In this document: positions 1 through 9,741 of the stretch, one piece after another
Layout: each line of letters opens with the position of its first letter
How positions within the stretch are numbered: the stretch's first letter is position 1
Assembly: GCA_026388015.1 (NCBI GenBank)
Contig: JAPLKO010000047.1
Span: 108,424-172,423, forward strand
Reading direction: 5' to 3'
DNA from: Candidatus Firestoneibacteriota bacterium
GTDB taxonomy: Bacteria > Oederibacteriota > D2-FULL-39-29
DNA: 64,000 nt
Notes under the pieces: generated by a model
The model's input: the letters and a program-made list of their open reading frames with translations, nothing else
Told to the model about the DNA's origin: nothing
Database searches by the model: none
Program-made: the position numbers and the translations under genes

Positions 1-151
1 AGGCAGCCCCGGTCGCGCCCAGAGCGATATATAAGCCCGCAAGTATCGCATACATAAAGAGTTCATAGACATTGAGTGCAGCTTTTTTCTTACCTATCCC
101 CACCAAAGTATCATTTATTTCTTTGGGAGTTAATATTAAAGACTCCGGCAT
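1..151 (-). CDS. Partial CDS (N-terminal part only, gene runs off the window start): formate/nitrite transporter (FNT family)
   Basis: Minus-strand ATG at 151..149 is preceded by GGAGGG. The translation MPESLILTPKEINDTLVGIGKKKAALNVYELFMYAILAGLYIALGATGAA resembles the N-terminus and first TM helix of FocA/NirC channels. Confidence 0.45.
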   Translation of the reverse strand, partial: MPESLILTPKEINDTLVGIGKKKAALNVYELFMYAILAGLYIALGATGAA

Positions 152-175
152 CTTTCCCTCCAGTTGAAGCTTTTG

Positions 176-772
176 TTATTTTATACTTACTACTCTTACT
201 TTAAATATCAAATCTTTGCCCGCAAGAAAATGATTAAAATCCAACAGTACTTTTTCTCCCGTAACATCGCCGATTACCGCCGTCATAGTTTGCCCGCTCT
301 GGTGTTTTAGCCCGACTTTCTCGCCTTTAATCAGCTTATAATCCCGAGGGAAGAAGCTTTTTTCTACAAACTGAAGCATCTTTTCATCTCTATTTCCGTA
401 GGCATCTTCCGCCTTAATATTTATTATCTTTTCCTCATCAAGCTTCATTCCTGCAACTCCGTCATCAAAGCCTTTAATCATCTGACCTGCTCCTACCGTA
501 AAACCAAGAGGTGTGCGGCCTTTTGAACTGTCAAAAATCGAGCCGTCTAATAATTTACCTTCATAATCTACTTCTATGTTATCACCCTTGTTTACCACTG
601 TCTTTACCATCTTCTTCTCCTCCAATACTTTAGCTTCAGAAGTTAAGATATTGGCTTCTGAAAGCATCATTTTTACTTCTGGTGATACAGCTTTCACTTC
701 CGGGGTTAGATTATTTGCCGCAAAAGCTAGGAACATCGCAAAAACCATATAATTCACAAAAAACCTCCGCAT
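176..772 (-). CDS. FKBP-type peptidyl-prolyl cis-trans isomerase with N-terminal signal peptide (FkpA/SlyD-like)
   Basis: FKBP domain motifs GDNIEVDYEGKLLDGSIFDSS...PLGFTVGAGQMIKGFDDGVAGMKLDEEK, plus a hydrophobic N-terminus. Confidence 0.8.
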   Translation of the reverse strand: MRRFFVNYMVFAMFLAFAANNLTPEVKAVSPEVKMMLSEANILTSEAKVLEEKKMVKTVVNKGDNIEVDYEGKLLDGSIFDSSKGRTPLGFTVGAGQMIKGFDDGVAGMKLDEEKIINIKAEDAYGNRDEKMLQFVEKSFFPRDYKLIKGEKVGLKHQSGQTMTAVIGDVTGEKVLLDFNHFLAGKDLIFKVRVVSIK

Positions 773-899
773 TTACCTAAAACGCATTATTAAAACACAG
801 TTATTATTGTAAAGCAGGAAGGAAGTAATGTCAATAAAAAACCCCCGCTAAAAAAATCGCTACATTCAAATACCGGAAACGTGATTTTGATTTCCTTAT

Positions 900-2219
900 T
901 TATTTAGTCTGTTTTTCAGGATTCGCCATAAAGGTTTGTATATTTGATGAGCACCTTAATCTGCTTACTTCTATATATAAAAAGAAAAAAAGCAATATAA
1001 GGCCAAGTATTTGTGGCGCAGTCAAAAAGATAACCCACCAGCCGGAGCCAAAATGAACCATTGCGTTCCAACCCCTTGTATTAAGCATCATAATGAGAAG
1101 AAGAAAGACACCGGTTTTTGTCACGGGTTTTAGCTTTGAATAATAGATTACAACCAGTAGCGGCAAGAAAGCGTAGATAAGGTGGTGTATCTCCAATAAT
1201 GTTTGAAGGAGCAGCATAAAAACAAGACAGGAGGAGAATGCAAGTACCCGGCTTTCGTAACTTCGTAATATTTTTGCCCGGACAAGTATAATACCTGTAA
1301 CTGAAATAATCACTGCAGCTATTACCGCCGTAAAGGTGTTTGCCAGTGTTTTGGATATTAAAAGCGGTGTCACCATAGGGTTTTCCAGAAAAACCCTGCT
1401 AAAAAGCGAAGTCAGCGCTTTGTTGTTATCCAGCAGGTAAGAGCCGGCTAGTTTCGGCAGGATGTAAGTCAGATAATAATAGAGGTTCGAAAGCCCTATC
1501 GGTAAACCGCTTAATAAAAGTATTCCGAGACCAAAGCCGGCATAATAAACTATATAATCTTTTCTTTTTGAAAAAAACAGGAAATAAAGCGCCAAAGCCA
1601 CCGGAGTTACTTTAAGAACTGAAGCAAAAGCGAGTAAGAAAGCCGATAACTTGCTTTGCCCTCTTTCTTCATATATAAAAGCAGCCAGACACAGGGAGTA
1701 GACAAAATAGTTAACCTGCCCCAGGCTGAAGGTTTCATAAGAAGGCATAGAACCAAGAAAAAGCAGAAGTGTGAGCGCTGTTATCAAGGCGAATGGTCTC
1801 GAATTAATTATCAGAAGAGTAAGACATACGGAAGACGCAAAAATAAAGAGATTTATAATATTCCAGAAAACCACTGCCGAGGGATATTTTAAATAAGTCA
1901 GCGGCACCAGAAGCAGCGATAAAACAGGCGGATAGGTATATGCGTATTTTTCCGGTACGGAAAACTTTATCCCCATTCTTTCAAGTTCTTCCGGTTTAAC
2001 AACGTTCACAATATGATTATCCCGAATATCTATAGAATCATACGGAGAGCCTTTTTGCTTTATTGCATCCGCCGCTATATAGTATGAAGTAAAATCAGTA
2101 TAACTGACCGCGGGGCATAAGAGAGTCTTGATAATAAATTTCTCGGAGAAAAGAACGACGGCAAGGAGAATAGTAATATAATAAACCGCTCTTGTGATTT
2201 TCTTTGGCATTATCTCCAT
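900..2219 (-). CDS. Polytopic membrane protein, probable glycosyltransferase of the DUF2029/GT87-like family
   Basis: 439 aa with more than 10 predicted TM helices and an architecture typical of lipid-linked sugar transferases. No catalytic motif could be confirmed by eye. Confidence 0.5.
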   Translation of the reverse strand: MEIMPKKITRAVYYITILLAVVLFSEKFIIKTLLCPAVSYTDFTSYYIAADAIKQKGSPYDSIDIRDNHIVNVVKPEELERMGIKFSVPEKYAYTYPPVLSLLLVPLTYLKYPSAVVFWNIINLFIFASSVCLTLLIINSRPFALITALTLLLFLGSMPSYETFSLGQVNYFVYSLCLAAFIYEERGQSKLSAFLLAFASVLKVTPVALALYFLFFSKRKDYIVYYAGFGLGILLLSGLPIGLSNLYYYLTYILPKLAGSYLLDNNKALTSLFSRVFLENPMVTPLLISKTLANTFTAVIAAVIISVTGIILVRAKILRSYESRVLAFSSCLVFMLLLQTLLEIHHLIYAFLPLLVVIYYSKLKPVTKTGVFLLLIMMLNTRGWNAMVHFGSGWWVIFLTAPQILGLILLFFFLYIEVSRLRCSSNIQTFMANPEKQTK

Positions 2220-2270
2220 AAGGCTATTATACCAAGCAGCAAACGTTATTTAAATGCTTGATATTTCGGC

Positions 2271-3296
2271 TTAATATTTATGGTTACTTAAAAACCCGGT
2301 GGGTTTATTCCAGTCTTTTCCGCCGTTTTTCACCCAGTGAACGGCTGCTTCGAGCATCTCCTCGGGTTTATCCCGGTAAGCGCCGAACTTTTTAACTGAA
2401 AAGCTGTCGCAATTGATCTTTCCGGCTTTGTCCGGGGTTTTCACTACTTTAACTTTTTTCCCCATTATCTTTGCCATTTTCTCAATAAGCTCTTTAAGAT
2501 CAACAATCGGCCCGCAGCAGTTAATAGGTCTCGGCGGATTTGAAGCAAGCGTAAGGGATTTGATCGCCACCTCATTTGCATCCCGCTGTGAAATAAGATT
2601 TACGTAGTTACTCATAAGAGTAATAGTTTTTTCGGTTTTTAGCATTTTCGCAATATCCACAAGAACTCCGTAATACAAATGTTGGGCATAAGCCAACCGG
2701 TAAAGCGCCACCTTGGTACCGTATTTCTCACTGATTATGTTAAAAGTATTTTCTCTGCCTACAACCGTCCAGCCGTAAATCCCCTGCGGATCTATAGGCG
2801 TATCTTCAACCGCCCCGCCGATCTTTCGCTCCATTTTAGGATAAAGATTTGTCGTAGAAAAGCAGGTAATGTTAGAATTCTTGAATTTTTCCCCGACAAG
2901 ATAAGGCATTATTATATTCATATGGTACGCCCGCTGGTAGTTCATAGAGGTCCCAAACTTAAATCCGGCCATATAATAAACATTTTTTGCTTCCGGTAGT
3001 TTTTTCAAAAAAGCAGAGTCGCTCAGGTCGCCTTTATACGTCTTTATCCCGAGATTTTCCAGTTTGATGATATTATCAGGGTTAGAAAACGTGGACGCTA
3101 CATAATATTTTCTTTCTCTTCCCGCGGCTTTATCGGCGTTAAGGATGAGCTGCATAAGTTCCAGTCCCATTTTTCCCGTGGCACCCAGCCCTATGATATC
3201 ACCTTTTATTTTTCCGACAGTACGGATCAGGGACAGGGACGGGCTGGTCATAAAAGCATTTAGTTCAGCGTCTGTTCGAATATCTTTATAGTTCAT
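2271..3296 (-). CDS. NAD-dependent epimerase/dehydratase family protein
   Basis: N-terminal Rossmann motif IGLGATGKMGLEL. Length and layout fit the sugar epimerase/reductase family. Confidence 0.7.
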   Translation of the reverse strand: MNYKDIRTDAELNAFMTSPSLSLIRTVGKIKGDIIGLGATGKMGLELMQLILNADKAAGRERKYYVASTFSNPDNIIKLENLGIKTYKGDLSDSAFLKKLPEAKNVYYMAGFKFGTSMNYQRAYHMNIIMPYLVGEKFKNSNITCFSTTNLYPKMERKIGGAVEDTPIDPQGIYGWTVVGRENTFNIISEKYGTKVALYRLAYAQHLYYGVLVDIAKMLKTEKTITLMSNYVNLISQRDANEVAIKSLTLASNPPRPINCCGPIVDLKELIEKMAKIMGKKVKVVKTPDKAGKINCDSFSVKKFGAYRDKPEEMLEAAVHWVKNGGKDWNKPTGFLSNHKY

Positions 3297-4369
3297 TTTA
3301 AACCAGCCTCTTTTTTCCAGGAGTCTATATTCTTCCTGACAAACTCCTTATCGCTCACCACCGATTTGTATTCATTGTCGTACCTGGCGTTTACTACATT
3401 TTTTATCTTATTATCGCCTTTATATTCAAAACAATACGGAGATTTTATAAGCCCGAGGTAACTAAGCCTGTACTTTACGGCCCAGGTGCTGTTTTTGAAG
3501 TTATTCGGATACGCGTCAAAAAGCACCATGTTACATGCAGTTACGGCATCAAGGACTTCCGTAACGCTGAATTTGAACGGCCAATTTTTCTTTCCCGCTT
3601 TATAATCCCTTACCGCCTGAGTCCACTTCACTGCGGCATGCGTGTCCGTCGCATAATGCCCGAGGAGCCCGCCGTCCATAGTCACCGTATTCCCTTTGAA
3701 GGTATAATTTCTCATAAGATCGCCGACAATATGGTCATCATTACCGGAGACTATTGTTAGGTTCTTTCTGTTCTTTGAAGCGGCTGCCGCTTCCATTGCG
3801 GTCAAAGTCCGGTACCGGTCAAACGGCGCAAGTTTTGCTCCGTAGGCGATTTTAAATAACTCTTCCCAGAATTCATAATGATAATCTATTCCGCCTGCTT
3901 TGGTCTGCAGGTGAAAACCAAAAATCGGAATTACGGAAGCCATATCTTTACAGACGCTAATCATTTTCTTTGTATTCCCCTCGATACCTTTAAAAAATTT
4001 TGGGGAAAAGATTACAACATCGTAACCGTGCTTAGCTGACATTTCCACGTGTTTCATATTGTGCACCATCGACATAAGAAGCATCCTGTTACCGTGGATC
4101 TTCACCATGGATTTCACAAGTTTCAGCCAGTACTCATACAGCTCATAATGTTTTTTTTCCGGCAGGATTCCGTAACCGCAGAACTCACCGGTGTGCGCCC
4201 CGGGCACCACACATCCCGCGCCGCTTTTTATATAGTACATCATAAGTAACCGCAAATCATCCACCACAACTTCTTTTTTGACGTCAAGCGGAAGAGGACA
4301 GGGAACCCAGACTCCGCCTTCCTTCATTATAGAATGCGCATTCTCATTCATCTTAACATAGCCTGCCAT
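3293..4369 (-). CDS. DapA/N-acetylneuraminate-lyase-family (class I aldolase-like) protein, function unknown
   Basis: The segment LMMYYIKSGAGCVVPGAHTGEFCGYGILPEKKHYELYEYWLKLVK aligns with the DapA GTTGE region, and the downstream layout is DapA-like. Its stop overlaps the upstream epimerase start in an ATGA junction. Confidence 0.4.
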   Translation of the reverse strand: MAGYVKMNENAHSIMKEGGVWVPCPLPLDVKKEVVVDDLRLLMMYYIKSGAGCVVPGAHTGEFCGYGILPEKKHYELYEYWLKLVKSMVKIHGNRMLLMSMVHNMKHVEMSAKHGYDVVIFSPKFFKGIEGNTKKMISVCKDMASVIPIFGFHLQTKAGGIDYHYEFWEELFKIAYGAKLAPFDRYRTLTAMEAAAASKNRKNLTIVSGNDDHIVGDLMRNYTFKGNTVTMDGGLLGHYATDTHAAVKWTQAVRDYKAGKKNWPFKFSVTEVLDAVTACNMVLFDAYPNNFKNSTWAVKYRLSYLGLIKSPYCFEYKGDNKIKNVVNARYDNEYKSVVSDKEFVRKNIDSWKKEAGLK

Positions 4370-4727
4370 ATTAGGACCTCCAGTTAATTTACCTTATTAT
4401 TTTCTCGAAGATGAAAACATTATACGTTATTTCAAATACACTTTTCAAATCATTTGGCAACTCGGCCTTTCTCTACATCCCGCAATACAGATACATCTCT
4501 ATTCATCTTTTTTATGGAGAATCAAATACCGTCAGATTTTTATTGCTTTCGTCTCTTTCTATTCTCCATTGCGTTGCTTTTTCTTTTTAGGAACGAATTT
4601 TAGCTCCTAAAAAGAAAACTCCGTAACAGCGTTTTTAAGTTACTTTGCAAGAGAGCTGACATTTCTTTCATTGACTCTAAACACTCCCGAAAACACGGCC
4701 TGCAACACTTTCAAATTTTTTTTAAGG

Positions 4728-6178
4728 CTAATCTTTTTTTCTTCTTTTTATGATATTACCTACTATTTTGCCTGAATATGCCACAGGGAAGAGCATATAG
4801 CTGAAGAGAACGCCCATGCCTTCTAAAAAACCGCCTCCCAGCCCGGAGACAACAGATTGTCTCACTTTTGTCATGTTTTCTTCCTGTGGCTCCGTAACTT
4901 TTTTGAGAAGCCTTATAGGTAGTCCCCGCATAAAGATCCCGAGAATAAAAACCACCTGAAAACCGCCAAGGACATAAAAACCAAAATCTAATTTATTAGT
5001 ACCGATAGAGTCGATGATAAAGCCGGAAACCAGCGGGGCTACAAAGGCCGCAATGCTTGGGAGAAGCATATTTACGGAAAGGTAAAAAGACCGGTCTTCT
5101 TTAGGCGCCAGCTTGAAAACTATATTAAACACAGCTATATTAAAACCGGCCCAAGCCAGTCCTGAGAAGGCGTAAAGAACCGGGATAGTAACAAAGTAAT
5201 TAGAAGTAGTCGTGACCGCCCAAACATACGGAGTAAAACCTATAATATTTGCGCAAATAAGCATTACGGGCTTGTTGCCGTATTTGTCCGCAATCCTTCC
5301 CCAAAACGACATTAGGCTGAGACTGCTGACGTTTCCCACTATACCTATCATCGTAATCAAAGTATAACTGAGCTTTAGCTCTTTTATCATAAAAACATAC
5401 AGATAAACATTCATAAAAGCTATACCAAAAGCCCAAGCAACGTTAAACCAGACAAGATTCATAAAATTTTTATTTGCAAAAGCTTTTAATGTTTTTTTCC
5501 AAACCAGGTCCAGAGAGAACGCATCCCTAGAAATATCAGGAGTTCTGGTATCCGGTAATCGTGTAAAATAATAATAAGACATAAAACCGGCAGCAGCGCC
5601 TATCAAATAAACCATTGAGAAACCTACATGTTTAGACGGCATATAATCAAGAAATATGCCGAGCAAAATACCTGCTATCATACCCACAAGACCGGCGACT
5701 ATAGATCTTCTGCCCATATAATAACCGCGTACTTTCTCCGGAATAATCTCACCCATCCAGCTGGTCCAGGAGATTGCCGAAGGTACGTTAATAATATTTA
5801 TTATCAGAAAAACACCGACAAAAAAAGAAGAGGAAAAGTAATACCGTTAAAATAAACAAGGAGGGGGATAAGAGCAACGATTACCCAGAGAAATTTCTGA
5901 GGAAGCGAAGTTCTTAGCGTTATCATTTTCTTGGACTCCGCCCGATCCACAAGATGCGAAACAAACGGGGCAAAAATATTTACGATCATCGGAATAGAAG
6001 TAATTATACCCACCTGAGTGTTATTAGCGCCGAGAGTCAAAAGATAGCCGGTAAGGAACACCCCTCCCGGAAAGATAGTTATGAACTGTATAACTCCGAA
6101 AAACACTTCAAATAGAATATCAGAATATACTTTGGAAGATATCTCTGCTTTAAATATTTTTGTTTCATGTTCTGCCAC
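4728..6178 (-). pseudogene. MFS/GPH-type transporter split by a frameshift in a 7-nt homopolymer (ORF fragments 5804..6178 and 4728..5756)
   Basis: The upstream fragment encodes the N-terminal TM helices and the downstream fragment the remaining TM helices. The downstream frame stays open upstream of its Met and reads through to the T7/A7 run at about 5816-5822 (+ strand). Removing one base from the run fuses the two ORFs into one transporter of about 478 aa. Confidence 0.55.
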
Positions 6179-6189
6179 TTTTCACCTGC

Positions 6190-6660
6190 TTATCTTAATT
6201 TTTCCGCAAAAGCTGAGATTTTCTCTTCTTTTATCCTAAAAACGCTTTCCTTTACTTTTACAATCTTCCTGACCACAAACCGTTCAAGAAAGTTAAGCTT
6301 GGAAAAATCAAAGATTCCTCCAAAATAATCCTTAGCAGTGGCCCGCTCGTAGAGTTCTGCCGGAAAATTATTTTTCAACTCTCTTTCTGCCTGCCCCTTC
6401 TCCATCATGCAAACAATAAAAAGCCCTAACTTTTTAGTTTTAAGCAGCTCAATATTTTTTGCGCAATATTTTATTACAACAGGGCGGAGCCTTCCGGCGT
6501 AGACGGAGCCACCTATTATTATCGTGTCAAAAGGCATAACATCAAAATCCGGTTTTTCTTTAATATCGACCAGCTCCGAACCAAATATCTTATATTTTAG
6601 TAGTTCGGCGCATTTTTTTGCCGCTCCGTGTTTTGAAGCGTACAGAATAGCGGTTTTCAT
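6190..6660 (-). CDS. Flavodoxin-like protein
   Basis: MKTAILYASKHGAAKKCAELL...IIIGGSVYAG is a short-chain flavodoxin fold signature. Confidence 0.7.
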   Translation of the reverse strand: MKTAILYASKHGAAKKCAELLKYKIFGSELVDIKEKPDFDVMPFDTIIIGGSVYAGRLRPVVIKYCAKNIELLKTKKLGLFIVCMMEKGQAERELKNNFPAELYERATAKDYFGGIFDFSKLNFLERFVVRKIVKVKESVFRIKEEKISAFAEKLR

Positions 6661-6776
6661 TTAGCTTCCTCAAATTAGAAACATTGCTATTAAACAATAA
6701 TTATACCACTAAAGACAAAAATGTCAAAAACTATATCTGCATAACGGAAGATTTTGCCGGCATTCTAATTGGTTGC

Positions 6777-7541
6777 CTAAAAACATCTATTTTTTGTTAA
6801 TACCGCAACGTAGGAGTAGTCTTTTGTAGGAAAAACCCTGCTTAACTGCCAGCCGGTGCCTTTTACCATTTCTTTAAGCTCTATCCGTGATACTCTTATG
6901 TAGTCAAACCAGGAGGTTTCATATCTGCCGTAACAAAGCTTCACCCGGAAAGAGCCCGGATGCCTTTTTTTCTTTCTATTAAAAGCCCGGTAATCCCGGA
7001 AGTAGGCAGTGTTGGAGTCATAACTTTCAGTTATTATCTTTGCGCCGGGCGGAGTTAGCTTATAAAACCTCTTAAGAAGAGCCTTTGCCTTTTTTTCCGT
7101 ACCAAAAAGCCCGAAATTGTTGCAGAGAAGAAGCAGCGTATCAAAACACCCTGTTTTCTCATTGATATCTTCTATCCTGAGAATTTTAGCCTTCTTTAAC
7201 CCGCGAAGTTTACAAACCTTTATCGCAAGCGGAGAGTTATCTATCCCCGTAACATCTATCCGTTTACTCTGTAGATATATTGAATGCCTCCCCACTCCGC
7301 ATCCTATATCCAGCACTTTTTCATTTTTCTTTATAAGGCGAAAAGCCCGCTTTTCTCTTATAGGCCATTTTTTATACCCGTCAAAATATACCTTAACCCC
7401 TCCCGCATCCGACAAAAACCCGTCGTCTCTCTTTGCCAATAAGAAATTAACCCCCTTAGTATAATACGCCCAAACCGCTCGCCCAAAAGCATCTTTGTTA
7501 TTTTGCATCTTCATATTATTCATCTCCGGGTTTTTCCGCAC
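6777..7541 (-). CDS. Class I SAM-dependent methyltransferase
   Basis: Motif I VLDIGCGVGRHSIYL. The size matches the small methyltransferase type 11/12 families. Confidence 0.75.
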   Translation of the reverse strand: MRKNPEMNNMKMQNNKDAFGRAVWAYYTKGVNFLLAKRDDGFLSDAGGVKVYFDGYKKWPIREKRAFRLIKKNEKVLDIGCGVGRHSIYLQSKRIDVTGIDNSPLAIKVCKLRGLKKAKILRIEDINEKTGCFDTLLLLCNNFGLFGTEKKAKALLKRFYKLTPPGAKIITESYDSNTAYFRDYRAFNRKKKRHPGSFRVKLCYGRYETSWFDYIRVSRIELKEMVKGTGWQLSRVFPTKDYSYVAVLTKNRCF

Positions 7542-7567
7542 TATCTCTAATATTCTATGTTTTCTAT

Positions 7568-7596
7568 TTAGAATAGGGTCATTTTTTTGCTATAAT
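7568..7596 (+). promoter_or_regulatory. Candidate sigma70 promoter for the tRNA-Gln gene (extended -10 TGcTATAAT, weak -35 TTAGAA)
   Basis: TGCTATAAT at 7588..7596 lies 26 nt upstream of the mature tRNA 5' end. A TTAGAA-like element sits 17 nt further upstream. Confidence 0.4.
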
Positions 7597-7622
7597 ACCT
7601 GTATTCTACCATATCCAAATAT

Positions 7623-7693
7623 TCCGGGGTAGTGTAATGGTAACACAGCGGCCTTTGACGTCGCCCTTCGTGGTTCGAGTCCACGCCCCGGAG
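7623..7693 (+). tRNA. tRNA-Gln (anticodon UUG)
   Basis: Manually folded cloverleaf. Acceptor stem TCCGGGG/CCCCGGA, D-arm GTGT-AATGGTA-ACAC, anticodon stem GCGGC/GTCGC with loop CTTTGAC (U33, anticodon UUG), T-arm CGTGG-TTCGAGT-CCACG and discriminator G. No encoded CCA. Confidence 0.8.
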
Positions 7694-7735
7694 CAAAAAT
7701 TGCTCGGGCAATTTTATATACTCAGGAAACCCCAA

Positions 7736-8431
7736 GTGAAAACTACAGCTACTTCCGACATAGTCGCATTCTTAAAAAAACAAGGCATCCCTTTGTTCGG
7801 CTTTGCCGACTTGGGAGTTATTCCTTTGGATAAGAGGTATGCATTTCCCCGCGCAATATCTTTTGCCTTCCCTATAGAAAAGAAAATAGCGCTGGAGATA
7901 ATTGACGGGCCTACTTCGGCTTACTACCGCGAATATAACAGATTAAATGAGCTGCTCCTTAATATCGGTAAAGATATTGAATATTTTATAATTAGCAAAG
8001 GGTTCAGGGCAAAAGCGCTGGAAGCAACGGTAAGAAAATTAGACGATTCAACTCTTTCTACCATCCTCCCCCACAAAACCTCAGCTACTCTTGCCGGACT
8101 CGGCTGGATAGGAAAATCCGCCTTGCTGGTTACTGATAAATTCGGTTCTGCAATGAGACTAAGTACGGTACTTACGGATATGCCTCTTGAAACAGGAGTC
8201 CCTGTAACAGAATCAAAATGCGGGGATTGCATAATCTGTGTTACAAAATGCCCTTCAAAAGCTATTAAAGGTTGTAACTGGAAAACCGGTATGAAACGGG
8301 AAGAGCTTTACGACGCCTTTCTTTGCAGAAAAAAAGCAAAAGAACTCTCCGACACAATCGGAGCAAACCATACAATCTGTGGCATCTGCATCGCCCACTG
8401 CCCGCATACGGTAAAATATTTGAAAAGTTAG
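7736..8431 (+). CDS. QueG-like epoxyqueuosine reductase family protein (short form, two 4Fe-4S ferredoxin motifs)
   Basis: The track ORF 7637..8431 overlaps the tRNA, and the first plausible start is GTG 7736 with an AGGAAA RBS. The N-terminal region (LGWIGKSALLVTDKFGSAMRLSTVLTD) is QueG-like. It carries CGDCIICVTKCP and CGICIAHCP clusters. At 232 aa it is shorter than canonical QueG. Confidence 0.5.
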   Translation: MKTTATSDIVAFLKKQGIPLFGFADLGVIPLDKRYAFPRAISFAFPIEKKIALEIIDGPTSAYYREYNRLNELLLNIGKDIEYFIISKGFRAKALEATVRKLDDSTLSTILPHKTSATLAGLGWIGKSALLVTDKFGSAMRLSTVLTDMPLETGVPVTESKCGDCIICVTKCPSKAIKGCNWKTGMKREELYDAFLCRKKAKELSDTIGANHTICGICIAHCPHTVKYLKS

Positions 8432-9663
8432 TTTGCCTTTATCATTAACTCCGCAAAGATTGAAGCGGTGTCTGATATGTTGCCTACGGTTGTGCACTCG
8501 TCATCACCGTGGATGTTCTTTCCGCTTATTCCGTAGGCTACCGCGGGTTTCTTTAATACCGTGGAAAACAGGGCTGAGTCAAGACGGCCTCCGGTCAGTA
8601 TCATCTCAGGGGTTTTGCCGTAAAACTCTTTGAGTATTCCGGCAAGAAGAGTACAGATCGGAGCTGTGGTCGGAATACTTCCGGATATAATATCTTCTGT
8701 CTTAATGCTTACCTTGAACTTTCCATCTTTCTTTGCGACGTTTTGGATGAGTTTCACTATCTCATTTCTTGCTTTTACTATGTTTTCTTCCGGAAGGATC
8801 CTTCGGTCTATGGTGAACATAAATTTATCAGGCACAGCGTTGCTTTTTATCCCGCCTTCCGTCACTCCGCCTATCATCATTGTTGCGACACTGCTTATCC
8901 ACTTATCAGTTTTGTATTTTGTTTTTCTTTTCTCAAGTATTTTTCTAAACTTCTCAAGTTCTTCCACTATTTTAATAGCTTTTAAAAAGGCGTTTACGCC
9001 GTCCGTGTGCCTTCCTGCGTGAGCGGGTTTTCCGTGCACGGTGACATCAAAGTTAACAATCCCTCTGTGCGCTACCGTGAGAACATTTCCGCCTCCCCCG
9101 TCCCCCTCGATAACAACATCCGCTTTAGGAATCTTTTTATGGCAGAGATACCCGGAGCCGCACTGCCCGCTAATCTCCTCATCCGGAACAAAACTAAACT
9201 CAAGATTCCATGCCGGCTTAACACCGAGTTTTTTCAGGATTTTCACCGCAAGGAGCATGGCAACAATACTCCCTTTCATATCAGCCGTTCCCCTTCCGAT
9301 AAGAACATCTTTCTTTACACGGAGTTTAAAAGGATCTCCCGTAAAACCGTTTGAAGCCGGAACCACGTCAAAATGCCCGTTAAAATGAAGGGTTTTCTTT
9401 GCCCCCGTATTCCAGTGCGCCATCAGAATCCAACGCGGATACTTCTGATTTTCAGCCGGAATCGTTTTTAAGAATTTCTTATCTTTCACCAGAAACTGTT
9501 TTGTTATAAGCCCGAGTTTTTTACACTCTTTCTCGAGTATATTAACCATAAGTTTATAATTAAGCCCCGGATTTGAAAGCGTAGGAACCGCCACAAACCT
9601 CCCGAGGGTTTCTATAATGTATTTTCTTTCTTTTTTTATCTCGACTTTAAATTTTTTAAGCAT
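8428..9663 (-). CDS. M20-family metallopeptidase (ArgE/DapE/acetylornithine deacetylase-like)
   Basis: HWNTGAKKTLHFNGHFDVVP and GRGTADMKG motifs match the M20 metal-binding and catalytic signatures. Confidence 0.75.
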   Translation of the reverse strand: MLKKFKVEIKKERKYIIETLGRFVAVPTLSNPGLNYKLMVNILEKECKKLGLITKQFLVKDKKFLKTIPAENQKYPRWILMAHWNTGAKKTLHFNGHFDVVPASNGFTGDPFKLRVKKDVLIGRGTADMKGSIVAMLLAVKILKKLGVKPAWNLEFSFVPDEEISGQCGSGYLCHKKIPKADVVIEGDGGGGNVLTVAHRGIVNFDVTVHGKPAHAGRHTDGVNAFLKAIKIVEELEKFRKILEKRKTKYKTDKWISSVATMMIGGVTEGGIKSNAVPDKFMFTIDRRILPEENIVKARNEIVKLIQNVAKKDGKFKVSIKTEDIISGSIPTTAPICTLLAGILKEFYGKTPEMILTGGRLDSALFSTVLKKPAVAYGISGKNIHGDDECTTVGNISDTASIFAELMIKAN

Positions 9664-9741
9664 GTTGTTCTCCTTCTAAAATAAAGTTACGAGAAAAAGC
9701 TATTGCTGAGCCTCCGCGCCTCTGTTCGCTGCGCATCTTCT

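Noticed and set aside
4370-4727. 358-bp non-coding gap with an inverted repeat TTTTAGGA-N12-TCCTAAAA (about 4597..4624)
   Set aside because: No ORF, no recognisable RNA motif and a weak AT-only stem. It is probably just the promoter/terminator region between the DapA-like operon and the broken MFS gene.
7637-7735. 5' extension of the QueG-like ORF (track start 7637)
   Set aside because: Overlaps the tRNA-Gln gene. The translation of the tRNA region is not protein-like. A better start (GTG 7736 with RBS) exists.
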